Shown piece after piece: positions 38,435-51,700 of a stretch of DNA of 64,000 nucleotides. The stretch comes from the human T2T-CHM13v2.0 reference genome, Homo sapiens. The translations under genes and the position numbers were made by a program. The notes beneath the pieces are model-generated. The model saw nothing but the letters and a program-made list of their open reading frames with translations. It was not told where the DNA came from and searched no databases. The stretch lies in the NCBI RefSeq assembly GCF_009914755.1, contig NC_060935.1. One strand, 5' to 3'. Within the stretch, counting starts at the first letter, position 1, and each line of letters begins with the position of its first letter.

Positions 38435-41280
38435 TTTGGAGGGCTTTGAGGCCTGTGGTGGAAAAGGAAAATCTTCACATAAAAACTAGATGGAAGCATT
38501 CTCAGAAACTACTTTGTGATGATTGCATTCGACTCACAGAGTTGAACATTCCTATAGATAGAGCAGGTTGTAAACAATCTTTTTGTAGAATCTGCGATTG
38601 GAGATTTGGACTGCTTTGAGGCCTACTGTAGTAAAGGAAATAACTTCATCTAAAAACCAAACGGAAGCATTCACAGACAATTCTTAGTGATCATTGGATT
38701 GAACTAACAGAGCTGAACATTCCTTTAGATGGCGCAGTTTCCAAACACACTTTCTGTAGAATCTGCAAGTGGATATTTGGACTTCTCTGAGGATTTCGTT
38801 GGAAACGGGATAAATTTCCCAGAACTACACGGAAGCATTGTGAGAAACTTCTTTGTGATGTTTGCATTCAACTCACAGAGTTGAACCTTGCTTTCATAGT
38901 TCAGCTTTCAAACCCTCTTTTTGTAGAATCTGCAAGTGGATATTTGGGCCACTTTGGGGCCTTCCTTCGAAACGGGTATATCTTCACAACAAACCTAGAC
39001 AGAAGCATTCTCAGAATGTTTCCTGTGATGACTGCATTCAACTCACAGAGGTGAACAATCCTGCTGATGGAGCAGTTTTGAAACTCTCTTTCTTTGGATT
39101 CTGCAAGTGGATATGTGGACCTCTGTGAAGATTTCGTTGGAAACGGGTTCATCTTCACAGAAAAACTAAACAGGAGCATTCTCAGAAACTGCTTTGTGAT
39201 GTTTGTGTTCCACTTCAAGAATTGAACTTTCCTCTTGACAGAGCAGCTCTGAAACCCTATTTTTCTAGAATCTGCAAGTGGACATTTGGAGGGCTTTGAG
39301 GCCTGTGGTGGAAAAGGAAAATCTTCACATAAAAACTAGATGGAAGCATTCTCAGAAACTACTTTGTGATGATTGCATTCGACTCACAGAGTTGAACATT
39401 CCTATAGATAGAGCAGGTTGTAAACAATCTTTTTCTAGAATCTGTGATTGGAGATTTGGACAGCTTTGAGGCCTACTGTAGTAAAGGAAATAACTTCATC
39501 TAAAAACCAAACGGAAGCATTCACAGACAATTCTTAGTGATCATTGGATTGAACTAACAGAGCTGAACATTCCTTTAGATGGCGCAGTTTCCAAACCCAC
39601 TTTCTGTAGAATCTGCAAGTGGATATTTGGACTTCTCTGAGGATTTCGTTGGAAACGGGATAAACTTCCCAGAACTACACGGAAGCATTGTGAGAAACTT
39701 CTTTGTGATGTTTGCATTCAACTCACAGAGTTGAACCTTGCTTTCATAGTTCAGCTTTCAAACACTCTTTTTGTAGAATCTGCAAGTGGATATTTGGACC
39801 ACTTTGTGGCCTTCCTTCGAAACGGGTATATCTTCACATCAAACCTAGACAGAAGCATTCTCAGAATGTTTCCTGTGATGACTGCATTCAACTCACAGAG
39901 GTGAACAATCCTGTTGATGGAGCACTTTTGAAACTCTCTTTCTTTGGATTCTGCAAGTTGATATGTGGACCTCTGTGAAGATTTCGTTGGAAACGGGTTC
40001 ATCTTCACAGAAAAACTAAACAGAAGCATTCTCAGAAACTACTATGTGATGTTTGTGTTCCACTTCAAGAATTGAACATTCCTCTTGACAGAGGAGCTCT
40101 GAAACCCTCTTTTTCTAGAATCTGCAAGTGAACATTTGGAGGGCTTTGAGGCCTGTGGTGGAAAAGGAAAATCTTCACATAAAAACTAGATGGAAGCATT
40201 CTCAGAAACTACTTTGTGATGATTGCATTCGACTCACAGAGTTGAACATTCCTATAGATAGAGCAGGTTGTAAACAATCTTTTTGTAGAATCTGCGATTG
40301 GAGATTTGGACTGCTTTGAGGCCTACTGTAGTAAAGGAAATAACTTCATCTAAAAACCAAACGGAAGCATTCACAGACAATTCTTAGTGATCATTGGATT
40401 GAACTAACAGAGCTGAACATTCCTTTAGATGGCGCAGTTTCCAAACACACTTTCTGTAGAATCTGCAAGTGGATATTTGGACTTCTCTGAGGATTTCGTT
40501 GGAAACGGGATAAATTTCCCAGAACTACACGGAAGCATTGTGAGAAACTTCTTTGTGATGTTTGCATTCAACTCACAGAGTTGAACCTTGCTTTCATAGT
40601 TCAGCTTTCAAACCCTCTTTTTGTAGAATCTGCAAGTGGATATTTGGGCCACTTTGGGGCCTTCCTTCGAAACGGGTATATCTTCACAACAAACCTAGAC
40701 AGAAGCATTCTCAGAATGTTTCCTGTGATGACTGCATTCAACTCACAGAGGTGAACAATCCTGCTGATGGAGCAGTTTTGAAACTCTCTTTCTTTGGATT
40801 CTGCAAGTGGATATGTGGACCTCTGTGAAGATTTCGTTGGAAACGGGTTCATCTTCACAGAAAAACTAAACAGGAGCATTCTCAGAAACTGCTTTGTGAT
40901 GTTTGTGTTCCACTTCAAGAATTGAACTTTCCTCTTGACAGAGCAGCTCTGAAACCCTATTTTTCTAGAATCTGCAAGTGGACATTTGGAGGGCTTTGAG
41001 GCCTGTGGTGGAAAAGGAAAATCTTCACATAAAAACTAGATGGAAGCATTCTCAGAAACTACTTTGTGATGATTGCATTCGACTCACAGAGTTGAACATT
41101 CCTATAGATAGAGCAGGTTGTAAACAATCTTTTTCTAGAATCTGTGATTGGAGATTTGGACAGCTTTGAGGCCTACTGTAGTAAAGGAAATAACTTCATC
41201 TAAAAACCAAACGGAAGCATTCACAGACAATTCTTAGTGATCATTGGATTGAACTAACAGAGCTGAACATTCCTTTAGAT
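38435..41280 (+). repeat. 2-HOR-period (1,700 bp) local duplication
   Basis: A distinctive cluster (AAATTTCCC, AACCCTC, TTGGGCCACTTTGGGGC, CACAAC, then TCTGTGATT and GGACAGC) occurs at about 38.8-39.5 kb and again at 40.5-41.2 kb. Confidence 0.85.
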
Positions 41281-44200
41281 GGAGCAGTTTCCAAACCCAC
41301 TTTCTGTAGAATCTGCAAGTGGATATTTGGACTTCTCTGAGGATTTCGTTGGAAACGGGATAAACTTCCCAGAACTACAGGGAAGCATTGTGAGAAACTT
41401 CTTTGTGATGTTTGCATTCAACTCACAGAGTTGAACCTTGCTTTCATAGTTCAGCTTTCAAACACTCTTTTTGTAGAATCTGCAAGTGGATATTTAGACA
41501 ACTTTGTGGCCTTCCTTCGAAACGGGTATATCTTCACATCAAACCTAGACAGAAGCATTCTCAGAATGTTTCCTGTGAAGACTGCATTCAACTCACAGAG
41601 ATGAACAATCCTGTTGATGGAGCACTTTGGAAACTCTCTTTCTTGGGATTCTGCAAGTTGATATGTGGACCTCTGTGAAGATTTCGTTGGAAACGGGTTC
41701 ATCTTCACAGAAAAACTAAACAGAAGCATTCTCAAAAACTACTTTGTGATGTTTGTGTTCCACTTCAAGAATTGAACTTTCCTCTTGACAGAGCAGCTCT
41801 GAAAACCTCTTTTTCTAGAATCTGCAAGTGGACATTTGGAGGGCTTTGAGGCCTGTGGTGGAAAAGGAAAATCTTCACATAAAAACTAGATGGAAGCATT
41901 CTCAGAAACTACTTTGTGATGATTGCATTCGACTCACAGAGTTGAACATTCCTATAGATAGAGCAGGTTGTAAACAATCTTTTTGTAGAATCTGCGATTG
42001 GAGATTCGGACTGCTTTGAGGCCTACTGTAGTAAAGGAAATAACTTCATCTAAAAACCAAACGGAAGCATTCACAGACAATTCTTAGAGATCATTGGATT
42101 GAACTAACACAGCTGAACATTCCTTTAGATGGAGCAGTTTCCAAACACACTTTCTGTAGAATCTGCAAGTGGATATTTGGACCACTCTGAGGATTTCGTT
42201 GGAAACGGGATAAACTTCCCAGAACTACACGGAAGCATTCTGAGAAACTTCTTTGTGATGTTTGCATTCAACTCACAGAGTTGAACCTTGCTTTCATAGT
42301 TCAGCTTTCAAACACTCTTTTTGTAGAATCTGCAAGTGGATATTTGGACCACTTTGTGGCCTTCCTTCGAAACGGGTATATCTTCACATCAAACCTAGAC
42401 AGAAGCATTCTCAGAATGTTTCCTGTGATGACTGCATTCAACTCACAGAGGTGAACAATCCTGCTGATGGAGCAGTTTTGAAACTCTCTTTCTTTGGATT
42501 CTGCAAGTGGATATGTGGACCTCTGTGAAGATTTCGTTGGAAACGGGTTCATCTTCACAGAAAAACTAAACAGAAGCATTCTCAGAAACTGCTTTGTGAT
42601 GTTTGTGTTCCACTTCAGGAATTGAACTTTCCTCTTGACAGAGCAGCTCTGAAACCCTCTTATTCTATAATCTGCAAGTGGACATTTGGAGTGCTTTGAG
42701 GCCTGTGGTGGAAAAGGAAAATCTTCACATAAAAACTAGATGGAAGCATTCTCAGAAACTACTTTGTGATGATTGCATTCGACTCACAGAGTTGAACATT
42801 CCTATAGATAGAGCAGGTTGTAAACAATCTTTTTGTAGAAAATGCGATTGGAGATTTGGACTGCTTTGAGGCCTACTGTAGTAAAGGAAATAACTTCATC
42901 TAAAAACCAAACGGAAGCATTCACAGACAATTCTTAGTGATCATTGGATTGAACTAACAGAGCTGAACATTCCTTTAGATGGCGCAGTTTCCAAACCCAC
43001 TTTCTGTAGAATCTGCAAGTGGATATTTGGACTTCTCTGAGGATTTCGTTGGAAACGGGATAAACTTCCCAGAACTACACGGAAGCATTGTGAGAAACTT
43101 CTTTGTGATGTTTGCATTCAACTCACAGAGTTGAACCTTGCTTTCATAGTTCAGCTTTCAAACACTCTTTTTGTAGAATCTGCAAGTGGATATTTGGACC
43201 ACTTTGTGGCCTTCCTTCGAAACGGGTATATCTTCACATCAAACCTAGACAGAAGCATTCTCAGAATGTTTCCTGTGATGACTGCATTCAACTCACAGAG
43301 GTGAACAATCCTGCTGATGGAGCAGTTTTGAAACTCTCTTTCTTTGGATTCTACAAGTGGATATGTGGACCTCTGTGAAGATTTCGTTGGAAACGGGTTC
43401 ATCTTCACAGAAAAACTAAACAGAAGCATTCTCAGAAACTGCTTTGTGATGTTTGTGTTCCACTTCAGGAATTGAACATTCCTCTTGACAGAGCAGCTCT
43501 GAAACCCTCTTATTCTAGAATCTGCAAGTGGACATTTGGAGGGCTTTGAGGCCTGTGGTGGAAAAGGAAAATCTTCACATAAAAACTAGATGGAAGCATT
43601 CTCAGAAACTACTTTGTGATGATGGCTTTCGACTCACAGAGTTGAACATTCCTATAGATAGAGCAGGTTGTAAACAATCTTTTTGTAGAATCTGCGATTG
43701 GAGATTTGGACTGCTTTGAGGCCTATTGTAGTAAAGGAAATAACTTCATCTAAAAACCAAACGGAAGCATTCACAGACAATACTTAGTGATCATTGGATT
43801 GAACTAACAGAGCTGAACATTCCTTTAGATGGAGCAGTTTCCAAACACACTTTCTGTAGAATCTGCAAGTGGATATTTGGACTTCTCTGAGGATTTCGTT
43901 GGAAACGGGATAAAATTCCCAGAACTACACGGAAGCATTCTGAGAAACTTCTTTGTAATGTTTGCATTCAACTCACAGAGTTGAACCTTGCTTTCATAGT
44001 TCAGCTTTCAAACACTCTTTTTGTACAATCTGCAAGTGGATATTTGGACCACTTTGTGGCCTTCCTTCGAAACGGGTATATCTTCATATCAAACCTAGAC
44101 AGAAGCATTCTCAGAATGTTTCCTGTGATGACTGCATTCAACTCACAGAGCTGAACAATCCTGCTGATGGAGCAGTTTTGAAACTCTCTTTCTTTGGATT

Positions 44201-47200
44201 CTGCAAGTGGATATGTGGACCCTTGTGAAGATTTCGTTGGAAACGGGTTCATCTTCACAGAAAAACTAAACAGGAGCATTCTCAGAAAGTGCTTTGTGAT
44301 GTTTGTGTTCCACTTCAGGAATTGAACTTTCCTCTTGACAGAGCAGCTCTGAAACCCTCTTTTTCTAGAATCTGCAAGTGGACATTTGGAGGGCTTTGAG
44401 GCCTGTGGTGGAAAAGGAAAATCTTCACATAAAAACTAGATGGAAGCATTCTCAGAAACTACTTTGTGATGATTGCATTCGACTCACAGAGTTGAACATT
44501 CCTATAGATAGAGCAGGTTGTAAACAATCTTTTTGTAGAATCTGCGATTGGAGATTTGGACTGCTTTGAGGCCTACTGTAGTAAAGGAAATAACTTCATC
44601 TAAAAACCAAACGGAAGCATTCACAGACAATTCTTAGTGATCATTGGATTGAACTAACAGAGCTGAACATTCCTTTAGATGGAGCAGTTTCCAAACCCAC
44701 TTTCTGTAGAATCTTCAAGTGGATATTTGGACTTCTCTGAGGATTTCGTTGGAAACGGGATAAACTTCCCAGAACTACACGGAAGCATTGTGAGAAACAT
44801 CTTTGTGATGTTTGCATTCAACTCACAGAGTTGAACCTTGCTTTCATAGTTCAGCTTTCAAACACTCTTTTTGTAGAATCTGCAAGTGGATATTTGGACC
44901 ACTTTGTGGCCTTCCTTCGAAACGGGTATATCTTCCCATCAAACCTAGACAGAAGCATTCTCAGAATGTTTCCTGTGATGACTGCATTCAACTCACAGAG
45001 GTGAACAATCCTGTTGATGGAGCAGTTTTGAAACTCTCTTTCTTTGGATTCTGCAAGTTGATATGTGGACCTCTGTGAAGATTTCGTTGGAAACGGGTTC
45101 ATCTTCACAGAAAAACTAAACAGAAGCATTCTCTGAAACTACTTTGTGATGTTTGTGTTCCACTTCTAGAATTGAACTTTCCTCTTGACAGAGCAGCTCT
45201 GAAACCCTCTTTTTCTAGAATCTGCAAGTGGACATTTGGAGGGCTTTGAGGCCTGTGGTGGAAAAGGAAAATCTTCACATAAAAACTAGATGGAAGCATT
45301 CTCAGAAACTACTTTGTGATGATTGCATTCGACTCACAGAGTTGAACATTCCTATAGATAGAGCAGGTTGTAAACAATCTTTTTGTAGAATCTGCGATTG
45401 GAGATTTGGACTGCTTTGAGGCCTACTGTAGTAAAGGAAATAACTTCATCTAAAAACCAAACGGAAGCATTCACAGACAATTCTTAGTGATCATTGCATT
45501 GAACTAACAGAGCTGAACATTCCTTTAGATGGCGCAGTTTCCAAACACACTTTCTGTAGAATCTGCAAGTGGATATTTGGACCTCTCTGAGGATTTCGTT
45601 GGAAACGGGATAAACTTCCCAGAACTACACGGAAGCATGCTGAGAAACTTCTTTGTGATGTTTGCATTCAACTCACAGAGTTGAACCTTGCTTTCATAGT
45701 TCAGCTTTCAAACACTCTTTTTGTAGAATCTGCAAGTGGATATTTGGACCACTTTGTGGCCTTCCTTCGAAACGGGTATATCTTCACATCAAACCTAGAC
45801 AGAAGCATTCTCAGAATGTTTCCTGTGATGACTGCATTCAACTCACAGAGGTGAACAATCCTGCTGATGGAGCAATTTTGAAACTCTCTTTCTTTGGATT
45901 CTGCAAGTGGATATGTGGACCTCTGTGAAGATTTCGTTGGAAACGGGTTCATCTTCACAGAAAAACTAAACAGAAGCATTCTCAGAAACTGCTTTGTGAT
46001 GTTTGTGTTCCACTTCAGGAATTGAACTTTCCTCTTGACAGAGCAGCTCTGAAACCCTCTTATTCTAGAATCTGCAAGTGGACATTTGGAGGGCTTTGAG
46101 GCCTGTGGTGGAAAAGGAAAATCTTCACATAAAAACTAGATGGAAGCATTCTCAGAAACTACTTTGTGATGATTGCATTCGACTCACAGAGTTGAACATT
46201 CCTATAGATAGAGCAGGTTGTAAACAATCTTTTTGTAGAATCTGCGATTGGAGATTCGGACTGCTTTGAGGCCTACTGTAGTAAAGGAAATAACTTCATC
46301 TAAAAACCAAACGGAAGCATTCACAGACAATTCTTAGTGATCATTGCATTGAACTAACAGAGCTGAACATTCCTTTACATGGCGCAGTTTCCAAACACAC
46401 TTTCTGTAGAATCTGCAAGTGGATATTTGGACCTCTCTGAGGATTTCGTTGGAAACGGGATAAACTTCCCAGAACTACACGGAAGCATGCTGAGAAACTT
46501 CTTTGTGATGTTTGCATTCAACTCACAGAGTTGAACCTTGCTTTCATAGTTCAGCTTTCAAACACTTTTTTTGTAGAATCTGCAAGTGGATATTTGGACC
46601 ACTTTGTGGCCTTCCTTCGAAACGGGTATATCTTCACATCAAACCTAGACAGAAGCATTCTCAGAATGTTTCCTGTGATGACTGCATTCAACTCACAGAG
46701 GTGAACAATCCTGCTGATGGAGGAGTTTTGAAACTCTCTTTCTTTGGATTCTGCAAGTGGATATGTGGACCTCTGTGAAGATTTCGTTGGAAACGGGTTC
46801 ATCTTCACAGAAAAACTAAACAGAAGCATTCTCAGAAACTGCTTTGTGATGTTTGTGTTCCACTTCAGGAATTGAACTTTCCTCTTGACAGAGCAGCTCT
46901 GAAACCCTCTTATTCTAGAATCTGCAAGTGGACATTTGGAGGGCTTTGAGGCCTGTGGTGGAAAAGGAAAATCTTCACATAAAAACTAGATGGAAGCATT
47001 CTCAGAAACTACTTTGTGATGATTGCATTCGACTCACAGAGTTGAACATTCCTATAGATAGAGCAGGTTGTAAACAATCTTTTTCTAGAATCTGCTATTG
47101 GAGATTTGGACTGCTTTGAGGCCTACTGTAGTAAAGGAAATAACTTCATCTAAAAACCAAACGGAAGCATTCACAGACAATTCTCAGTGATCATTGGATT

Positions 47201-48734
47201 GAACTAACAGAGCTGAACATTCCTTTAGATGGAGCAGTTTCCAAACAAACTTTCTGTAGAATCTGCAAGTGGATATTTGGACTTCTCTGAGAATTTCGTT
47301 GGAAAAGGGATAAACTTCCCAGAACTACACGGAAGCATTGTGAGAAACTTCTTTGTGATGTTTGCATTCAACTCACAGAGTTGAACCTTGCTTTCATAGT
47401 TCAGCTTTCAAACACTCTTTTTGTAGAATCTGCAAGTGGATATTTGGACCACTTTGTGGCCTTCCTTCGAAACGGGTATATCTTCACATCAAACCTAGAC
47501 AGAAGCATTCTCAGAATGTTTCCTGTGATGACTGCATTCAACTCACAGAGGTGAACAATCCTGCTGATGGAGCAGTTTTGAAACTCTCTTTCTTTGGATT
47601 CTGCATGTGGATATGTTGACCTCTGTGAAGATTTCGTTGGAAACGGGTTCATCTTCACAGAAAAACTAAACAGGAGCATTCTCAGAAACTGCTTTGTGAT
47701 GTTTGTGTTCCACTTCAAGAATTGAACTTTCCTCTTGACAGAGCAGCTCTGAAACCCTCTTTTTCTAGAATCTGCAAGTGGACATTTGGAAGGATTTGAG
47801 GCCTGTGGTGGAAAAGGAAAATCTTCACATAAAAACTAGATGGAAGCATTCTCAGAAACTACTTTGTGATGATTGCATTCGACGCACAGAGTTGAACATT
47901 CCTATAGAGAGAGCAGGTTGTAAACAATCTTTTTGTAGAATCTGCGATTGGAGATTTGGACTGCTTTGAGGCTTACTGTAGTAAAGGAAATAACTTCATC
48001 TAAAAACCAAACGGAAGCATTCACAGACAATTCTTAGTGATCATTGGATTGAGCTAACAGAGCTGAACATTCCTTTAGATGGAGCAGTTTCCAAACCCAC
48101 TTTCTGTAGAATCTGCAAGTGGATATTTGTACTTCTCTGAGGATTTCGTTGGAAACGGGATAAACTTCCCAGAACTACACGGAAGCATTGTGAGAAACTT
48201 CTTTGTGATGTTTGCATTCAACTCACAGAGTTGAACCTTGCTTTCATAGTTCAGCTTTCAAACACTCTTTTTGTAGAATCTGCAAGTGGATATTTGGACC
48301 ACTTTGTGGCCTTCCTTCGAAACGGGTATATCTTCACATCAAACCTAGACAGAAGCATTCTCAGAATGTTTCCTGTGATGACTGCATTCAACTCACAGAG
48401 GTGAACAATCCTGCTGATGGAGCAATTTTGAAACTCTCTTTCTTTGGATTCTGCAAGTGGATATGTGGACCTCTGTGAAGATTTCGTTGGAAACGGGTTC
48501 ATCTTCACAGAAAAACTAAACAGAAGCATTCTCAGAAACTGCTTTGTGATGTTTGTGTTCCACTTCAGGAATTGAACTTTCCTCTTCACAGAGCAGCTCT
48601 GAAACCCTCTTATTCTAGAATCTGCAAGTGGACATTTGGAGGGCTTTGAGGCCTGTGGTGGAAAAGGAAAATCTTCACATAAAAACTAGATGGAAGCATT
48701 CTCAGAAACTACTTTGTGATGATTGCATTCGACT

Positions 48735-51700
48735 CACAGAGTTGAACATTCCTATAGATAGAGCAGGTTGTAAACAATCTTTTTGTAGAATCTGCGATTG
48801 GAGATTTGGACTGCTTTGAGGCCTACTGTAGTAAAGGAAATAACTTCATCTAAAAACCAAACGGAAGCATTCACAGACAATTCTTAGTGATCATTGCATT
48901 GAACTAACAGAGCTGAACATTCCTTTAGATGGCGCAGTTTCCAAACACACTTTCTGTAGAATCTGCAAGTGGATATTTGGACTTCTCTGAGGATTTCGTT
49001 GGAAACGGGATAAACTTCCCAGAACTACACGGAAGCATTGTGAGAAACTTCTTTGTGATGTTTGCATTCAACTCACAGAGTTGAAACTTGCTTTCATAGT
49101 TCAGCTTTCAAACACTCTTTTTGTAGAATCTGCAAGTGGATATTTGGACCACTTTGTGGCCTTCCTTCGAAACGGGTATATCTTCACATCAAACCTAGAC
49201 ATAAGCATTCTCAGAATGTTTCCTGTGAAGACTGCATTCAACTCACAGAGATGAACAATCCTGTTGATGGAGCACTTTGGAAACTCTCTTTCTTTGGATT
49301 CTGCAAGTTGATATGTGGACCTCTGTGAAGATTTCGTTGGAAACGGGTTCATCTTCACAGAAAAACTAAACGGAAGCATTCTCAAAAACTACTTTGTGAT
49401 GTTTGTGTTCCACTTCAAGAATTGAACTTTCCTCTTGACAGAGCAGTTCTGAAAACCTCTTTTTCTAGAATCTGCAAGTGGACATTTGGAGGGCTTTGAG
49501 GCCTGTGGTGGAAAAGGAAAATCTTCACATAAAAACTACATGGAAGCATTCTCAGAAACTACTTTGTGATGATTGCATTCGACTCACAGAGTTGAACATT
49601 CCTATAGATAGAGCAGGTTGTAAACAATCTTTTTGTAGAATCTGCGATTGGAGATTCGGACTGCTTTGAGGCCTACTGTAGTAAAGGAAATAACTTCATC
49701 TAAAAACCAAACGGAAGCATTCACAGACAATTCTTAGTGATCATTGCATTGAACTAACAGAGCTGAACATTCCTTTACATGGCGCAGTTTCCAAACACAC
49801 TTTCTGTAGAATCTGCAAGTGGATATTTGGACCTCTCTGAGGATTTCGTTGGAAACGGGATAAACTTCCCAGAACTACACGGAAGCATGCTGAGAAACTT
49901 CTTTGTGATGTTTGCATTCAACTCACAGAGTTGAACCTTGCTTTCATAGTTCAGCTTTCAAACACTTTTTTTGTAGAATCTGCAAGTGGATATTTGGACC
50001 ACTTTGTGGCCTTCCTTCGAAACGGGTATATCTTCACATCAAACCTAGACAGAAGCATTCTCAGAATGTTTCCTGTGATGACTGCATTCAACTCACAGAG
50101 GTGAACAATCCTGCTGATGGAGGAGTTTTGAAACTCTCTTTCTTTGGATTCTGCAAGTGGATATGTGGACCTCTGTGAAGATTTCGTTGGAAACGGGTTC
50201 ATCTTCACAGAAAAACTAAACAGAAGCATTCTCAGAAACTGCTTTGTGATGTTTGTGTTCCACTTCAGGAATTGAACTTTCCTCTTGACAGAGCAGCTCT
50301 GAAACCCTCTTATTCTAGAATCTGCAAGTGGACATTTGGAGGGCTTTGAGGCCTGTGGTGGAAAAGGAAAATCTTCACATAAAAACTAGATGGAAGCATT
50401 CTCAGAAACTACTTTGTGATGATTGCATTCGACTCACAGAGTTGAACATTCCTATAGATAGAGCAGGTTGTAAACAATCTTTTTCTAGAATCTGCTATTG
50501 CAGATTTGGACTGCTTTGAGGCCTACTGTAGTAAAGGAAATAACTTCATCTAAAAACCAAACGGAAGCATTCACAGACAATTCTCAGTGATCATTGGATT
50601 GAACTAACAGAGCTGAACATTCCTTTAGATGGAGCAGTTTCCAAACAAACTTTCTGTAGAATCTGCAAGTGGATATTTGGACTACTCTGAGAATTTCGTT
50701 GGAAAAGGGATAAACTTCCCAGAACTACACGGAAGCATTGTGAGAAACTTCTTTGTGATGTTTGCATTCAACTCACAGAGTTGAACCTTGCTTTCATAGT
50801 TCAGCTTTCAAACACTCTTTTTGTAGAATCTGCAAGTGGATATTTGGACCACTTTGTGGCCTTCCTTCGAAACGGGTATATCTTCACATCAAACCTAGAC
50901 AGAAGCATTCTCAGAATGTTTCCTGTGATGACTGCATTCAACTCACAGAGGTGAACAATCCTGCTGATGGAGCAGTTTTGAAACTCTCTTTCTTTGGATT
51001 CTGCATGTGGATATGTTGACCTCTGTGAAGATTTCGTTGGAAACGGGTTCATCTTCACAGAAAAACTAAACAGGAGCATTCTCAGAAACTGCTTTGTGAT
51101 GTTTGTGTTCCACTTCAAGAATTGAACTTTCCTCTTGACAGAGCAGCTCTGAAACCCTCTTTTTCTAGAATCTGCAAGTGGACATTTGGAAGGATTTGAG
51201 GCCTGTGGTGGAAAAGGAAAATCTTCACATAAAAACTAGATGGAAGCATTCTCAGAAACTACTTTGTGATGATTGCATTCGACGCACAGAGTTGAACATT
51301 CCTATAGAGAGAGCAGGTTGTAAACAATCTTTTTGTAGAATCTGCGATTGGAGATTTGGACTGCTTTGAGGCTTACTGTAGTAAAGGAAATAACTTCATC
51401 TAAAAACCAAACGGAAGCATTCACAGACAATTCTTAGTGATCATTGGATTGAGCTAACAGAGCTGAACATTCCTTTAGATGGCGCAGTTTCCAAACCCAC
51501 TTTCTGTAGAATCTGCAAGTGGATATTTGTACTTCTCTGAGGATTTCGTTGGAAACGGGATAAACTTCCCAGAACTACACGGAAGCATTGTGAGAAACTT
51601 CTTTGTGATGTTTGCATTCAACTCACAGAGTTGAACCTTGCTTTCATAGTTCAGCTTTCAAACACTCTTTTTGTACAATCTGCAAGTGGATATTTGGACC

